Shown: positions 27,468 to 36,475 of the stretch, piece after piece
How the letters are laid out: the number at the start of each line of letters is the position of its first letter
How positions within the stretch are numbered: the stretch's first letter is position 1
From: an uncultured Alphaproteobacteria bacterium
GTDB lineage: Bacteria; Pseudomonadota; Alphaproteobacteria; Rhizobiales; Xanthobacteraceae
Assembly: GCA_963831275.1 (NCBI GenBank)
Contig: CAWHPN010000004.1
Coordinates: 31,265-95,264 of the forward strand
Reading direction: 5' to 3'
Length of the DNA stretch: 64,000 bases
Notes under the pieces: generated by a model
What the model was told of the DNA's origin: nothing
What the model saw: only the letters and a program-made list of their open reading frames with translations
Database searches by the model: none
Made by a program: the position numbers and the translations under genes

Positions 27468-27735
27468 TCAACCCCTGGTTATAAACCGTCCGAGCATATG
27501 TCGCTGTAAGCACAGTGAAAGTCGCAATAAACATCATAAAATATATAGTTAAGATTTTAATAAATAGTTACTTACACGTATAAGTAGAAACGATTTTGGA
27601 GAGTTGGGACGCATGTCGGCAGCCGCTGCATTGCGAGGCGAGCCGTGCTATCGGCGGGGGATGCCGGACCGATCTGGCGTGAGGCGGCCTTCTGCGACCG
27701 CGTCCGCTTCGGTGTCCTGCTGTTAAGCCGTGCTG

Positions 27736-28699
27736 TTACGGCTTGATATCGAACTCGCGTGCGAACTTTGTGTAGGTGTTTTTCTGATCGGACAGGAATT
27801 TTCCGAATTCCATCCCGCAGAACACATTGACGTACATTCCCTGGCTCTTGAGCCTGTCTGCAACGGCTTCTGACTTGACCGCGTCGGATATATATTGGGA
27901 AAGCTGGGCCAACGTTTCTTTTGGCGTCTTGGCTGGCGCAACAAAGCCGAACCACACGGCGGCATCCAGATCATTGAACCCGTTTTCGGCCAAAGTCGGT
28001 ACGTTCGGCAACGCCTCTGTGCGTTTCTTTGCAGGCACCGCAATCGGCCGCAATGCGCCTGCTTCAATCTGCCCCTTGAGATCGGAAAAATTTGCCATCA
28101 CGGCGGTGATCGTTCCCGCAAGCGTCGCATTCATTGCCGGTGGCGAACCGGGATACGGAACGTAGGTAATATCGACCTTCGCATCGCGTTTTAGCAGTTC
28201 GCCCGCGATGTGAATGATGGAAGCTGGCCCGGTACCACCGTAAGTCACCGTGCCAGGCCTTTCCTTTGCACGTTTCAGATAATCGGCGAGCGTCTGGATG
28301 TCGGATTTGCTGCTCACGGCCAGTACCGCAGGCGTCGCCGCGACATAGCAAAGCGGTTCAAAACTGCTGATGGGATCGTAGTGGCCCGGAAAAAGGATTG
28401 GACTCAGGATAAAGGGGTTCTCAGCCAGCAGAATTGTCGTGCCGTCTGGCGTCGCACGCGCGGCGAAATCGCTTCCCACGATAGAGCTTGCACCGGGGCG
28501 GTCTTCGACGACGATCGATTGGCCGGTCTTCTGCGTGATAGCCTGAACTCAGGACGCGCGTGACCACATCGCCGGTCCCGCCTGCGGCATAGGGAACAAC
28601 GATCCTGAGTGTCTTGCCCGAGACACCTTGCGCAAGCGCCGGCTGGGCGATCCAGCTGAGCGAAACAAGTATGCAAAAGCCGACAAATCTGGTGAGCAT
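27736..28699 (-). pseudogene. Bug/TctC-family tripartite tricarboxylate-type substrate-binding protein, frame interrupted by one extra base at 28545-28550
   Basis: N-terminus MLTRFVGFCILVSLSWIAQPALAQGVSGKTLRIVVPYAAGGTGDVVTRVLS comes from the 3' part of ORF 28421..29134. It continues as QAITQKTGQSIVVEDRPGASSIVGSDFAARATPDG... (ORF 27736..28479) after one base is removed. The span is 964 nt, which is 3n+1. Confidence 0.8.
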
Positions 28700-28761
28700 T
28701 TTGGCCCTCGACGTTGGTCCGCATAACCTGAAACGATCCAACCGACGTTGCAAGCCGAAAT

Positions 28762-31122
28762 CTATTTGGCCGGTGCGGGTTCGCCCCCATGGATTGCCTG
28801 CCAAATGCGATACGGCGTCACGGGCATTTTGATGTCTTCGATGCCGTACGGTGCTAGCGCATCGGCTATGGCGCTGACGATTGCTGCGGGAGCAGCTGTC
28901 GTCCCGCCTTCGCCGCCCGCTTTGATTCCCAGCGGGTTGGTAGGCGAAAGGATCTCGACAATCTTCGTAGCGAAGGAGGGCAGGCGGTCGGAGCGCGGCA
29001 TTCCATAGTCCATGAATGAGCCGCACAAAGGCTGGCCGGAAGCATCGACGACGCATTGTTCCCAGAGCGCCTGCCCAATGCCCTGAACGATGGCGCCGTG
29101 CGTTTGGCCATCGACAATAAGCGGATTGATACATCGTCCGACGTCGTCAACCGAGGCATAGCGGGTAAGTCTTAAATTGCAGCTTTCCGGATCGATTTCG
29201 ATCTCACAAATCGCGCAGCCGTTCGGAAATACCGGTTCGTGCATCTCGTTGTCGGTGACAACGACAAGTCCGCCGGCAAGATCATCCGGCATCTTGTGAC
29301 GTGTCATTTCCTGAGCGAGCTCGAGAAAGTCGAAGCTGCGATTGCTTTCCCGCGTTGTGAATCGCCCATCATCGAAATCGATACGGTCGGGCGGGATATC
29401 CAGGATAGCAGCGGTTGCACGCTTTCCCTTGACGATCAGTTCTCCTGCGGCAAGCGAGAACACTGTCGCCGCGTGCCGCATGGAGCGCCCGGAATGAGTG
29501 CCGCCTCCCGCTTTCACAACATCGGTGTCGCCCAGGATGATGCGAACAGCCGCGACCGGCACCGCGATAAGGTCCGCGATCACTTGCGCAAAGCTCGTTT
29601 CGTGGCCCTGACCGGCCGGTTGGGTGCCGATAACGACCTCGACTTGGCGATCGGGGCGCACGTTGATGCGCGTCTGTTCTTTGGGCGCACCGATGGAAGA
29701 TTCGACATAGTTGGCGAGACCGAGACCAAGAAGCTTGCCGCGTTTTTTGGCGTCGCGTTTGCGCGCTTTGAAACCGTCCCAATCGGCAAGGCGCATGGCG
29801 AGGTCCATGTTGTCCCCGTAGTGGCCGCTGTCGTAAAGCATGCCGACCGCATTTCGGTAGGGCATCGACCTCGAACGCACGATGTTGCGACGGCGCAAGG
29901 CGACCCGATCGATGCCGAGCTTTTTGGCTGCTAAATCGATGAGCCGTTCTATGGCGAAGGTGACTTCCGGTCGGCCGGAACTGCGGTAGGCTTGCGTCGG
30001 AACGGTATTGGTAAAGACCGAAACGGCACGCAGCGAGGCGACCGGAATATCATAGTTTCCAGTAATCAGTCCGGCCCCTTTGCTCAAAGGTGACAGCGAC
30101 ACGCAATGTGCACCCGCGTTGCTGATATTGGTTACGCGCAGTGCAAGAAAGCGGCCTCGAGAGTCGAGAGCGAGTTCAAATTTGGCCACCAGATCGCGGC
30201 CCTGGTAGTCGCTGGTAAAGCATTCCGAGCGCGTTGCCGTGTATTTGACAGGCCGGCCAAGCTTGTGTGCAGCCCAAAGTATGAGACCGAATTCGGGATA
30301 CACACGGTTGCGCGTGCCGAAATTGCCGCCAACATCGTAAGATAGTACGCGAATTCTTTCCGGATCCACTCCCAGCACGTCGGCAAGTTCGCGTTTTTGG
30401 CGGACTGCTCCCCCGCTGCCGGCATAAATCGTGTAGCGCTCATTTTGTTTGTCGAATTGCGCGACCGCGGCGCGAGGTTCCATCGGCGCGCCTGTTACGC
30501 GGGCGATGTGAAAATCCATCGACACGACATGCGGGGCGGTGCCAAGAATTCGATCGGTCTCGGCGGCATCGCCAAACCGTGTATCGACCAGAATATTGTC
30601 GCGAACTTCGTCCCAAACCGCCGCCGCACCAGGCTTCATGGCGTCTTCTGAATGCGTGATGCAAGGCAGCTCTTCGTATTCGACTGCAACCGTTTCTGCG
30701 GCGTCAAATGCCTGCGCCGGGCTTTCGGCGACAATCATGGCGATTGCTTCACCGACGTGACGCGCTTTGTCGTGCGCCAGCAGCAGGTGCGGCCCAATGA
30801 AGACCTCCGTCCCACCCGGACCATGAAGCTTCATGTCGTATTTCGTCTTTGGCAGGGGATCGTGGGGAATTGCGCGCAAGTTGTCGGCAAGGCAATCCGC
30901 ACCTGTAAATGCGCCGAGAACGCCGGGCATCCTCCGGGCTTTGGAGCTATCAATTCGTACGATTCGGGCGTGAGCGTGCGGCGAACGGACGATCGCCGCA
31001 TATGCCTGGCCCGGAAAGCTGAAGTCATCGCTGAATTGCCCCCGGCCAGTCAGCAGCCTCGCGTCTTCGTTGCGCGGTAAAGGCTGGCCGATAAAGCGGA
31101 AACGAGGATTTTGATCTGTCAT
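28762..31122 (-). CDS. xanthine dehydrogenase/CoxL-family molybdopterin-binding large subunit (no partner subunits adjacent)
   Basis: 786 aa. N-terminus FIGQPLPRNEDARLLTGRGQFSDD...AAIVRSPHAHARI. The active-site loop reads AYRSSGR, not the AYxCSFR of true CO dehydrogenases. Confidence 0.85.
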   Translation of the reverse strand: MTDQNPRFRFIGQPLPRNEDARLLTGRGQFSDDFSFPGQAYAAIVRSPHAHARIVRIDSSKARRMPGVLGAFTGADCLADNLRAIPHDPLPKTKYDMKLHGPGGTEVFIGPHLLLAHDKARHVGEAIAMIVAESPAQAFDAAETVAVEYEELPCITHSEDAMKPGAAAVWDEVRDNILVDTRFGDAAETDRILGTAPHVVSMDFHIARVTGAPMEPRAAVAQFDKQNERYTIYAGSGGAVRQKRELADVLGVDPERIRVLSYDVGGNFGTRNRVYPEFGLILWAAHKLGRPVKYTATRSECFTSDYQGRDLVAKFELALDSRGRFLALRVTNISNAGAHCVSLSPLSKGAGLITGNYDIPVASLRAVSVFTNTVPTQAYRSSGRPEVTFAIERLIDLAAKKLGIDRVALRRRNIVRSRSMPYRNAVGMLYDSGHYGDNMDLAMRLADWDGFKARKRDAKKRGKLLGLGLANYVESSIGAPKEQTRINVRPDRQVEVVIGTQPAGQGHETSFAQVIADLIAVPVAAVRIILGDTDVVKAGGGTHSGRSMRHAATVFSLAAGELIVKGKRATAAILDIPPDRIDFDDGRFTTRESNRSFDFLELAQEMTRHKMPDDLAGGLVVVTDNEMHEPVFPNGCAICEIEIDPESCNLRLTRYASVDDVGRCINPLIVDGQTHGAIVQGIGQALWEQCVVDASGQPLCGSFMDYGMPRSDRLPSFATKIVEILSPTNPLGIKAGGEGGTTAAPAAIVSAIADALAPYGIEDIKMPVTPYRIWQAIHGGEPAPAK

Positions 31123-31152
31123 TGGGGCCTAAGTTGCTGCAATATATGCAAC

Positions 31153-31779
31153 ATGAAACATCTCGCGATCAAACCAGCGCGTTCCCCGCTTCTCGTCGGC
31201 ATGACCGGGGCGTCGGGAGCGATCTACGGGGTCAGACTGCTGGAAATGCTGCGCGCCTGCAATGTCGAAGCACATCTTATCGTCTCCCGTGCAGCGCAGA
31301 TGACGCTCGCTTACGAGACCAGCATGAAGCTCGCAGACCTCGAGCGAATGGCGAGCGTTGTCTATCCCAATGGCGACCTTGGCGCCGCCTGCTCAAGCGG
31401 TTCGTTTCCCACGCAAGGGATGGTGATTGCGCCGTGCTCGATCAAGACCATGTCCGAAATTGCGACCGGCAATACCGCAAACCTTATCTCGCGAGCCGCC
31501 GATGTTGTTCTGAAAGAACGCCGCCGTCTGGTCCTCATGTTGCGAGAAACTCCGCTTCATATCGGGCACATCCGTAACATGGCCACGGTCACTGAAGCGG
31601 GCGCGATTGTTTATCCACCGGTTCCGGCGTTTTATGCGTTGCCTAAATCAATCGAAGAAATGGTCGACCACACGCTCGCGCGCGTCCTCGATCTGTTCGA
31701 CATCGACACCGGCAAAATCCGCCGCTGGACCGGCGAACGCGAGCGCCCGAAAAATCGCGAAGAAGCGGACAATTTGTGA
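31153..31779 (+). CDS. ubiX: flavin prenyltransferase UbiX
   Basis: LLVGMTGASGAIYGVRLLE...LIVSRAA...MVIAPCSIKTMSEIATGNTANLISRAADVVLKERRRLVLMLRETPLH. I chose the ATG at 31153. Confidence 0.9.
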   Translation: MKHLAIKPARSPLLVGMTGASGAIYGVRLLEMLRACNVEAHLIVSRAAQMTLAYETSMKLADLERMASVVYPNGDLGAACSSGSFPTQGMVIAPCSIKTMSEIATGNTANLISRAADVVLKERRRLVLMLRETPLHIGHIRNMATVTEAGAIVYPPVPAFYALPKSIEEMVDHTLARVLDLFDIDTGKIRRWTGERERPKNREEADNL

Positions 31780-32294
31780 CCGATTTGCGCAGCGGTGATG
31801 CCGGCAGCCTTCAATACGACAACGACTTTTGGCGCTTCTCGCTCGCGGTTTATAGCCACCATGACGTCGCCGAAGAGTGCCTCGCGTTGCAGCAGGCGAC
31901 CGGGGCCGATGTGAATCTCCTGCTTTTTTGTGCATGGACGGGCGCGAGTGCCATTGTTTTAGACGGCAGCGATATCGAAGCAGCTTCAAAACGTGTTTCT
32001 GCATGGCAAGAGCATGTCGTGCGCCCGCTGCGGAGCGCGCGGCAAAACATGAAAGCGCCTGACTATCGCAAATTTGAAAGTTTCAGAACGCGCGTGAAGA
32101 CTATGGAAATAGAATCCGAACAGATCGAACAGGCGATGCTGTTTGCCTTTTCAAAAGGCTTGAGAGAGTCCGATCTGAATCCTCGCGATGTTCTCGCCGG
32201 GAATATCAAAAATTATTTTGAGATGGCGCAGGGCTCCGAGGGCTTGAAACCATCAGCACCTCTATTGATAGAGGCGGCCCTGCGTGTTCGTTGA
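31776..32294 (+). CDS. conserved hypothetical protein (TIGR02444/DUF2390-like as I recall it)
   Basis: FWRFSLAVYSHHDVAEECLALQQATGADVNLLLFCAW pattern. The GTG start overlaps the ubiX stop (GTGA). Confidence 0.55.
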   Translation: MTDLRSGDAGSLQYDNDFWRFSLAVYSHHDVAEECLALQQATGADVNLLLFCAWTGASAIVLDGSDIEAASKRVSAWQEHVVRPLRSARQNMKAPDYRKFESFRTRVKTMEIESEQIEQAMLFAFSKGLRESDLNPRDVLAGNIKNYFEMAQGSEGLKPSAPLLIEAALRVR

Positions 32295-33290
32295 TCAGGG
32301 CTTGGCTGTGCTGTCGTTGCTGGCTTTGGCTGCATCCATTTGGTGGATGACACGCGCCCAGCGTTCCGTTTCACTCCTGATAAACGTTGCGAAGTCCTGC
32401 GGGCTCCCGCCTCTCGCATCCAGGCCCTGGATCGCCAGCTGTTTCATCACATCCTGATCTTTGAGTGCGCTATTTGCTGCAACGGAAATTTTGTCAACGA
32501 TCGGCGTTGGCGTGCCGGTCGGAGCGAGGATGCCGAACCAGACGCCGGTGTCGTATCCGGGCAAGGCAGCTTCGGAAATTGTCGGGAGGTCGGGGGCCGC
32601 ACTCGTGCGCTTGGCTTCACTCGTTCCCAGTGCCTTCACCCGGCCATCCTTGATGAACGCCAGCACAGTCGAAGCCGGCGAAAACATCACTTGGATGCGG
32701 CCTGAAATAAGGTCCATCACCGTCTGTGCGCTGCCCGGATACAGAACGCCGGTCATTTTTACCCCGGCCATCTGCTTGAAAAGCTCCGTCGCCAAGTGTG
32801 GCCCGCTGCCGAGCCCGGATGCCCCATACAGCAGCTCATCCGGTTTCTGTTTGGCAAGCGCAATCAACCCTTTCACGTCGTTGACGCCGAGGCTTGGATT
32901 AACAACGAGAATGTTCGGGATTGATCCGACCAGTACAATGGGCGCCAGGTCTTGTTGAAAATTCGGACCTTTGCCCGGCATCAATGTTGTGTTGATGGTC
33001 GCCGCAATAGTTGCAAATAAAAGTGTGTAGCCGTCCTTCGCGCTTCGGGCGACATAGTCGGTAGCCAGCATGCTGCTGGCGCCGGGTCGATTTTCGACAA
33101 CGATGGTTTGGCCGAGCAGGTCGCCGATTTTGCGGCTGACAATCCGGGCTGCAACGTCTCCACTCGACCCTGCGGCAAAGCCCACAATCAGACGGATTGG
33201 ACGGTTGGGATAGCTCTCTTCCGCAAAAGAAGGCCGCTGAGCGGCAATGGAGAGCGCAGCAAACACCAAGAGGCCAAACAAACGGATCAT
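32295..33290 (-). CDS. Bug/TctC-family substrate-binding protein
   Basis: Signal peptide MIRLFGLLVFAALSIAAQ, then YPNRPIRLIVGFAAGSSGDVAARIV..K....LGQTIVVENRPGASS. Confidence 0.85.
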   Translation of the reverse strand: MIRLFGLLVFAALSIAAQRPSFAEESYPNRPIRLIVGFAAGSSGDVAARIVSRKIGDLLGQTIVVENRPGASSMLATDYVARSAKDGYTLLFATIAATINTTLMPGKGPNFQQDLAPIVLVGSIPNILVVNPSLGVNDVKGLIALAKQKPDELLYGASGLGSGPHLATELFKQMAGVKMTGVLYPGSAQTVMDLISGRIQVMFSPASTVLAFIKDGRVKALGTSEAKRTSAAPDLPTISEAALPGYDTGVWFGILAPTGTPTPIVDKISVAANSALKDQDVMKQLAIQGLDARGGSPQDFATFIRSETERWARVIHQMDAAKASNDSTAKP

Positions 33291-33428
33291 GAAACGATAC
33301 CGATGTAGTGGTTCGACTTATTTATGTATTGCATAGGATGCCAACGCGTAAAAGCATAATGGTCGCGACTTATCGCGTAAAACATCCTAGAATTTGCAAC
33401 GCATGCGGGCTGCTTTCGGAGACCGGCA

Positions 33429-35072
33429 ATGGAATCGAGCGTAACGCAAAAAGCACCATCCGATTTGCAAGAACACATAGCCCGGCTGACGGAACGAGGG
33501 TTGGTCACGCGCGTCGATCGCCGCATCGACAAGGATTTAGAGCTTCATCCTCTCGCCCGCTGGCAATTCCAGGGCGGCCTGCGTGAGGAGGACCGACGCG
33601 CCTTTCTGTTCACGAATGTCGTCGGTGCTCGTGGGGAGAGCTACGATATTCCTGTGCTCGTTGGTGGACTTGCGGCCTCTCCTGAAATTTACGCGATCGG
33701 TTTGGGAGTGCCGCTTGATGAGATCGGCGGACTATGGATCAAGGCAATTGGCAACCCAATCGCGCCGGTTCTGGTCGACAATGCCGCGTGCCACGACATC
33801 GTGCAGACGGGCAAGGACCTGCTCGCGGAACGCGGCGGTCTTGCGAGCCTGCCAGTTCCGATTTCGACTCCGGGGTTTGATTCAGCGCCCTACCTGACCG
33901 CGACGCTTTGCGTCACGAAAGACCCTGAAAACGGTATCCAGAACATGGGCACTTACCGTGCGGCACTCAAGGCCAATGATCGGCTTGGGGTGCGCATGGC
34001 CTCCAGGCTCGGGGGCGCCGGCGGCTATCTGCATTGGCAGAAATACAAAAAGCTTGGGCAGCCTATGCCGTGCGCCATCGTCATCGGGTGTGCGCCCGCC
34101 GTTCTGTTCACCGGGCCACAAAAGCTTCCGATCGATGTCGATGAAATGGACGTTGCCGGCGGTCTCATCGGAAAGCCCGTCAAAACCACGCGTTGCAAAA
34201 CCGTTGATCTCATCGTGCCGGCCGATTCAGAAATCGTCATCGAGGGGCTTATCGATACCAATCTGCTCGAGCCGGAAGGTCCGTTCGGAGAAAGCCACGG
34301 TCACGTTGCGCTTGAAGATTTTAATATGTCGATGCAAGTGACCGCCATCACGCGAAGACACAAGCCGGTCTTCTTGTCGATCATCAGCCAGGTGACGCCC
34401 AGTGAATCATCTGTTCTCAAGAAGGTCGCCTATGAACCGATGTTCCTGGAGCACCTCAGGCACACGCTTGGCATACGCGGCATCAAACGTGTCGTGATGC
34501 ATGAGCCATTGACGAATTTACGTAAGGTCATCTTTCTTCAGTTTGATCGCGGCACACCGCAGACGGAAGTGTGGCGAGGTATGCAGGGTGCCGCGACACT
34601 CCAGGCGCAATGCGGAAAGCTTGTCATTGCCGTGTCGGACGACATTTCGCCTGACAATGCCGATGCCATATTCTGGTCGTTGGCCTACCGGTCAAACTTC
34701 CTGGAGGACGCGCATATCGTCCCCTATCGGTCGAGCGGTCACGGGCCAAAATCAGGCCGGCCTGCATTTGAGGGCACGATGATGATCGATGCCACGCTCA
34801 AACACGACATGCCTCCACTTGCGCTGCCGACGGAAGAGTTCATGACGCGCGCGAAGAAAATATGGGAAGAGCTCAAGTTGCCGCGTATCGTTCCGCAGGC
34901 ACCCTGGTACGGATACGAGCTCGGTGATTGGGACGAGGAGTGGACGCAATTCGCAAACGCGGCGGTTGCAGGCAACTGGCGCCAGAGCGGGACTTCAACG
35001 TATCAACGCCGGCATGGAAATTTGATTCCCGAAACGCCGGTTCGATCCGTCGAGCCGCCGAAGAAAAAATAG
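33429..35072 (+). CDS. UbiD-family (prFMN-dependent) decarboxylase
   Basis: 547 aa. DLQEHIARLTERGLVTRVDRRIDKDLELHPLARWQF... and ...GESHGHVA... are typical of the UbiD family. Confidence 0.9.
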   Translation: MESSVTQKAPSDLQEHIARLTERGLVTRVDRRIDKDLELHPLARWQFQGGLREEDRRAFLFTNVVGARGESYDIPVLVGGLAASPEIYAIGLGVPLDEIGGLWIKAIGNPIAPVLVDNAACHDIVQTGKDLLAERGGLASLPVPISTPGFDSAPYLTATLCVTKDPENGIQNMGTYRAALKANDRLGVRMASRLGGAGGYLHWQKYKKLGQPMPCAIVIGCAPAVLFTGPQKLPIDVDEMDVAGGLIGKPVKTTRCKTVDLIVPADSEIVIEGLIDTNLLEPEGPFGESHGHVALEDFNMSMQVTAITRRHKPVFLSIISQVTPSESSVLKKVAYEPMFLEHLRHTLGIRGIKRVVMHEPLTNLRKVIFLQFDRGTPQTEVWRGMQGAATLQAQCGKLVIAVSDDISPDNADAIFWSLAYRSNFLEDAHIVPYRSSGHGPKSGRPAFEGTMMIDATLKHDMPPLALPTEEFMTRAKKIWEELKLPRIVPQAPWYGYELGDWDEEWTQFANAAVAGNWRQSGTSTYQRRHGNLIPETPVRSVEPPKKK

Positions 35073-35089
35073 ACCCTTCGACAGCGTCA

Positions 35090-36436
35090 TCACCCGCGTC
35101 GGATCTTATCAAATTGACCGACCGAAACCTTGCTCACCACGAAACCGGCAGCGGTCACCGGCGAGGTACCATGTGAGCCGCTAAACGTCACACGATAAGC
35201 GCCGGGATCTGCGGGTGCGGAAATTGTCGAACGGATCATTCCGATCTGAGGCCCGCGATACACAACCGGTTGCTCCTGATAGCGGACGAATCTTTTGCCC
35301 TCCGGTGCTGTCACGCGGGTTATCTGAAGCGTGCCGGAAATCTCCTGCGTGCGTAAATCCGGAATTATGAGAACGCTTATCGGTTCGTGCGGAGCAAAAG
35401 TGAAGCTATTCAGAGACAACGTGATGCCGGGCGCTTCAACCAAAGTGAGTTCTGGTGCAAGAGTGCCGCCGGTCAGGACGTCATAAAGAACCTCTCTGAA
35501 CGGGTATGATTTCAGGATGCCGATATGGTCTCCCGGCTTCACGTAGGGATTGAATTGCCCGATCGCAGCGCTTCGAAGCGGAATCGTGCCGTCTCCCAAA
35601 TAATCCGTAGGTACGCCAAAAAAGACCGTTTCGTCGTACTCGACTCTTTCATCCGTGTCCTGATCCGTCCCGGCGATCAGGATGTAGTGTGCCGTAGCCG
35701 GCCGGTTATTGAAGTTCAACTTGGCCTGCACCCGCTTTGCAGCATCAAGATTGTCATGACTGAGATCAAACTCGGTTGCGACAGCCGGAAGATAGAAATC
35801 CTTTACTTCCGGCGGCGTGCTGTGGACGTTCGACAGCGCCTGATCGCCCTGAAAGGGCAGGCATTGATAGCAGGACGGAAAATCTGGATTTGCGCTCAGG
35901 GTTTTCATGTCTGGCGCGGATATACCCAGCCAATCCTTGAGGCCGAGTACATATTCTAAAATGCGCGGGACACCGCAATGCGGGCCGCAAATTCCAATAT
36001 ACTTCGTGATCTTGTCGCTGACGTTTGGGTAGTCGCCGCTTTCCAGAACCAGTCTGGCAACGAGGTTGCCCATCGAGTGGCAAACCAAGGTGACCGAGGT
36101 GCTGCCTTTGTTGACACAGGATGTAATTTTGGATGCCAGTTTATTAGCGGCCGAGAAAATATCCTTGCGCCAGTCATATGGGAAATCGAGGCGGCGAAGC
36201 CCGCGGCTCTTTGCGATGGTATTCAGATCATCCTGAAGGGGTTTGTAGACCTGGTAGCAGGGGAAAACCTTCGGGACGGCGTCGACAATCTTGGCGACTT
36301 TCACACGGGAGTCCTGGAGCTCCGTCAAATGCTGGTAGCCGCCGGCTACCTCACCCAAAGTAGGAGGCCAGATCTCCTGGCCTTTAAATGTCAGCCTTGA
36401 GCCTCCGCCACCTGGTACGAGAATGATTGTTTCCAT
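35090..36436 (-). CDS. LCAT/PDAT-like alpha/beta-hydrolase (phospholipid-dependent acyltransferase or lipase) with C-terminal beta-rich domain
   Basis: FPYDWRKD, nucleophile elbow LVCHSMGNLV, and IGICGPHCGVP. No signal peptide. ATG at 36436 with GGAGAAG upstream, 39 nt after the rSAM gene stop. Confidence 0.75.
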   Translation of the reverse strand: METIILVPGGGGSRLTFKGQEIWPPTLGEVAGGYQHLTELQDSRVKVAKIVDAVPKVFPCYQVYKPLQDDLNTIAKSRGLRRLDFPYDWRKDIFSAANKLASKITSCVNKGSTSVTLVCHSMGNLVARLVLESGDYPNVSDKITKYIGICGPHCGVPRILEYVLGLKDWLGISAPDMKTLSANPDFPSCYQCLPFQGDQALSNVHSTPPEVKDFYLPAVATEFDLSHDNLDAAKRVQAKLNFNNRPATAHYILIAGTDQDTDERVEYDETVFFGVPTDYLGDGTIPLRSAAIGQFNPYVKPGDHIGILKSYPFREVLYDVLTGGTLAPELTLVEAPGITLSLNSFTFAPHEPISVLIIPDLRTQEISGTLQITRVTAPEGKRFVRYQEQPVVYRGPQIGMIRSTISAPADPGAYRVTFSGSHGTSPVTAAGFVVSKVSVGQFDKIRRG

Positions 36437-36475
36437 CACACTTCTCCAGTTCGAGGGCTCGGGCACGCTTGCGGG

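Noticed and set aside
27520-27560. CtrA box (TTAA-N7-TTAA) in the AT-rich region upstream of tolC
   Set aside because: TTAA motifs are present, but the spacing is 4 nt, not 7.
28700-29134. 5' two-thirds of ORF 28421..29134 (237 aa)
   Set aside because: It overlaps the 3' end of the CoxL-like gene in another frame and is Arg/Pro-rich. Only the part from the ATG at 28699 downstream (the Bug signal peptide) is credible.
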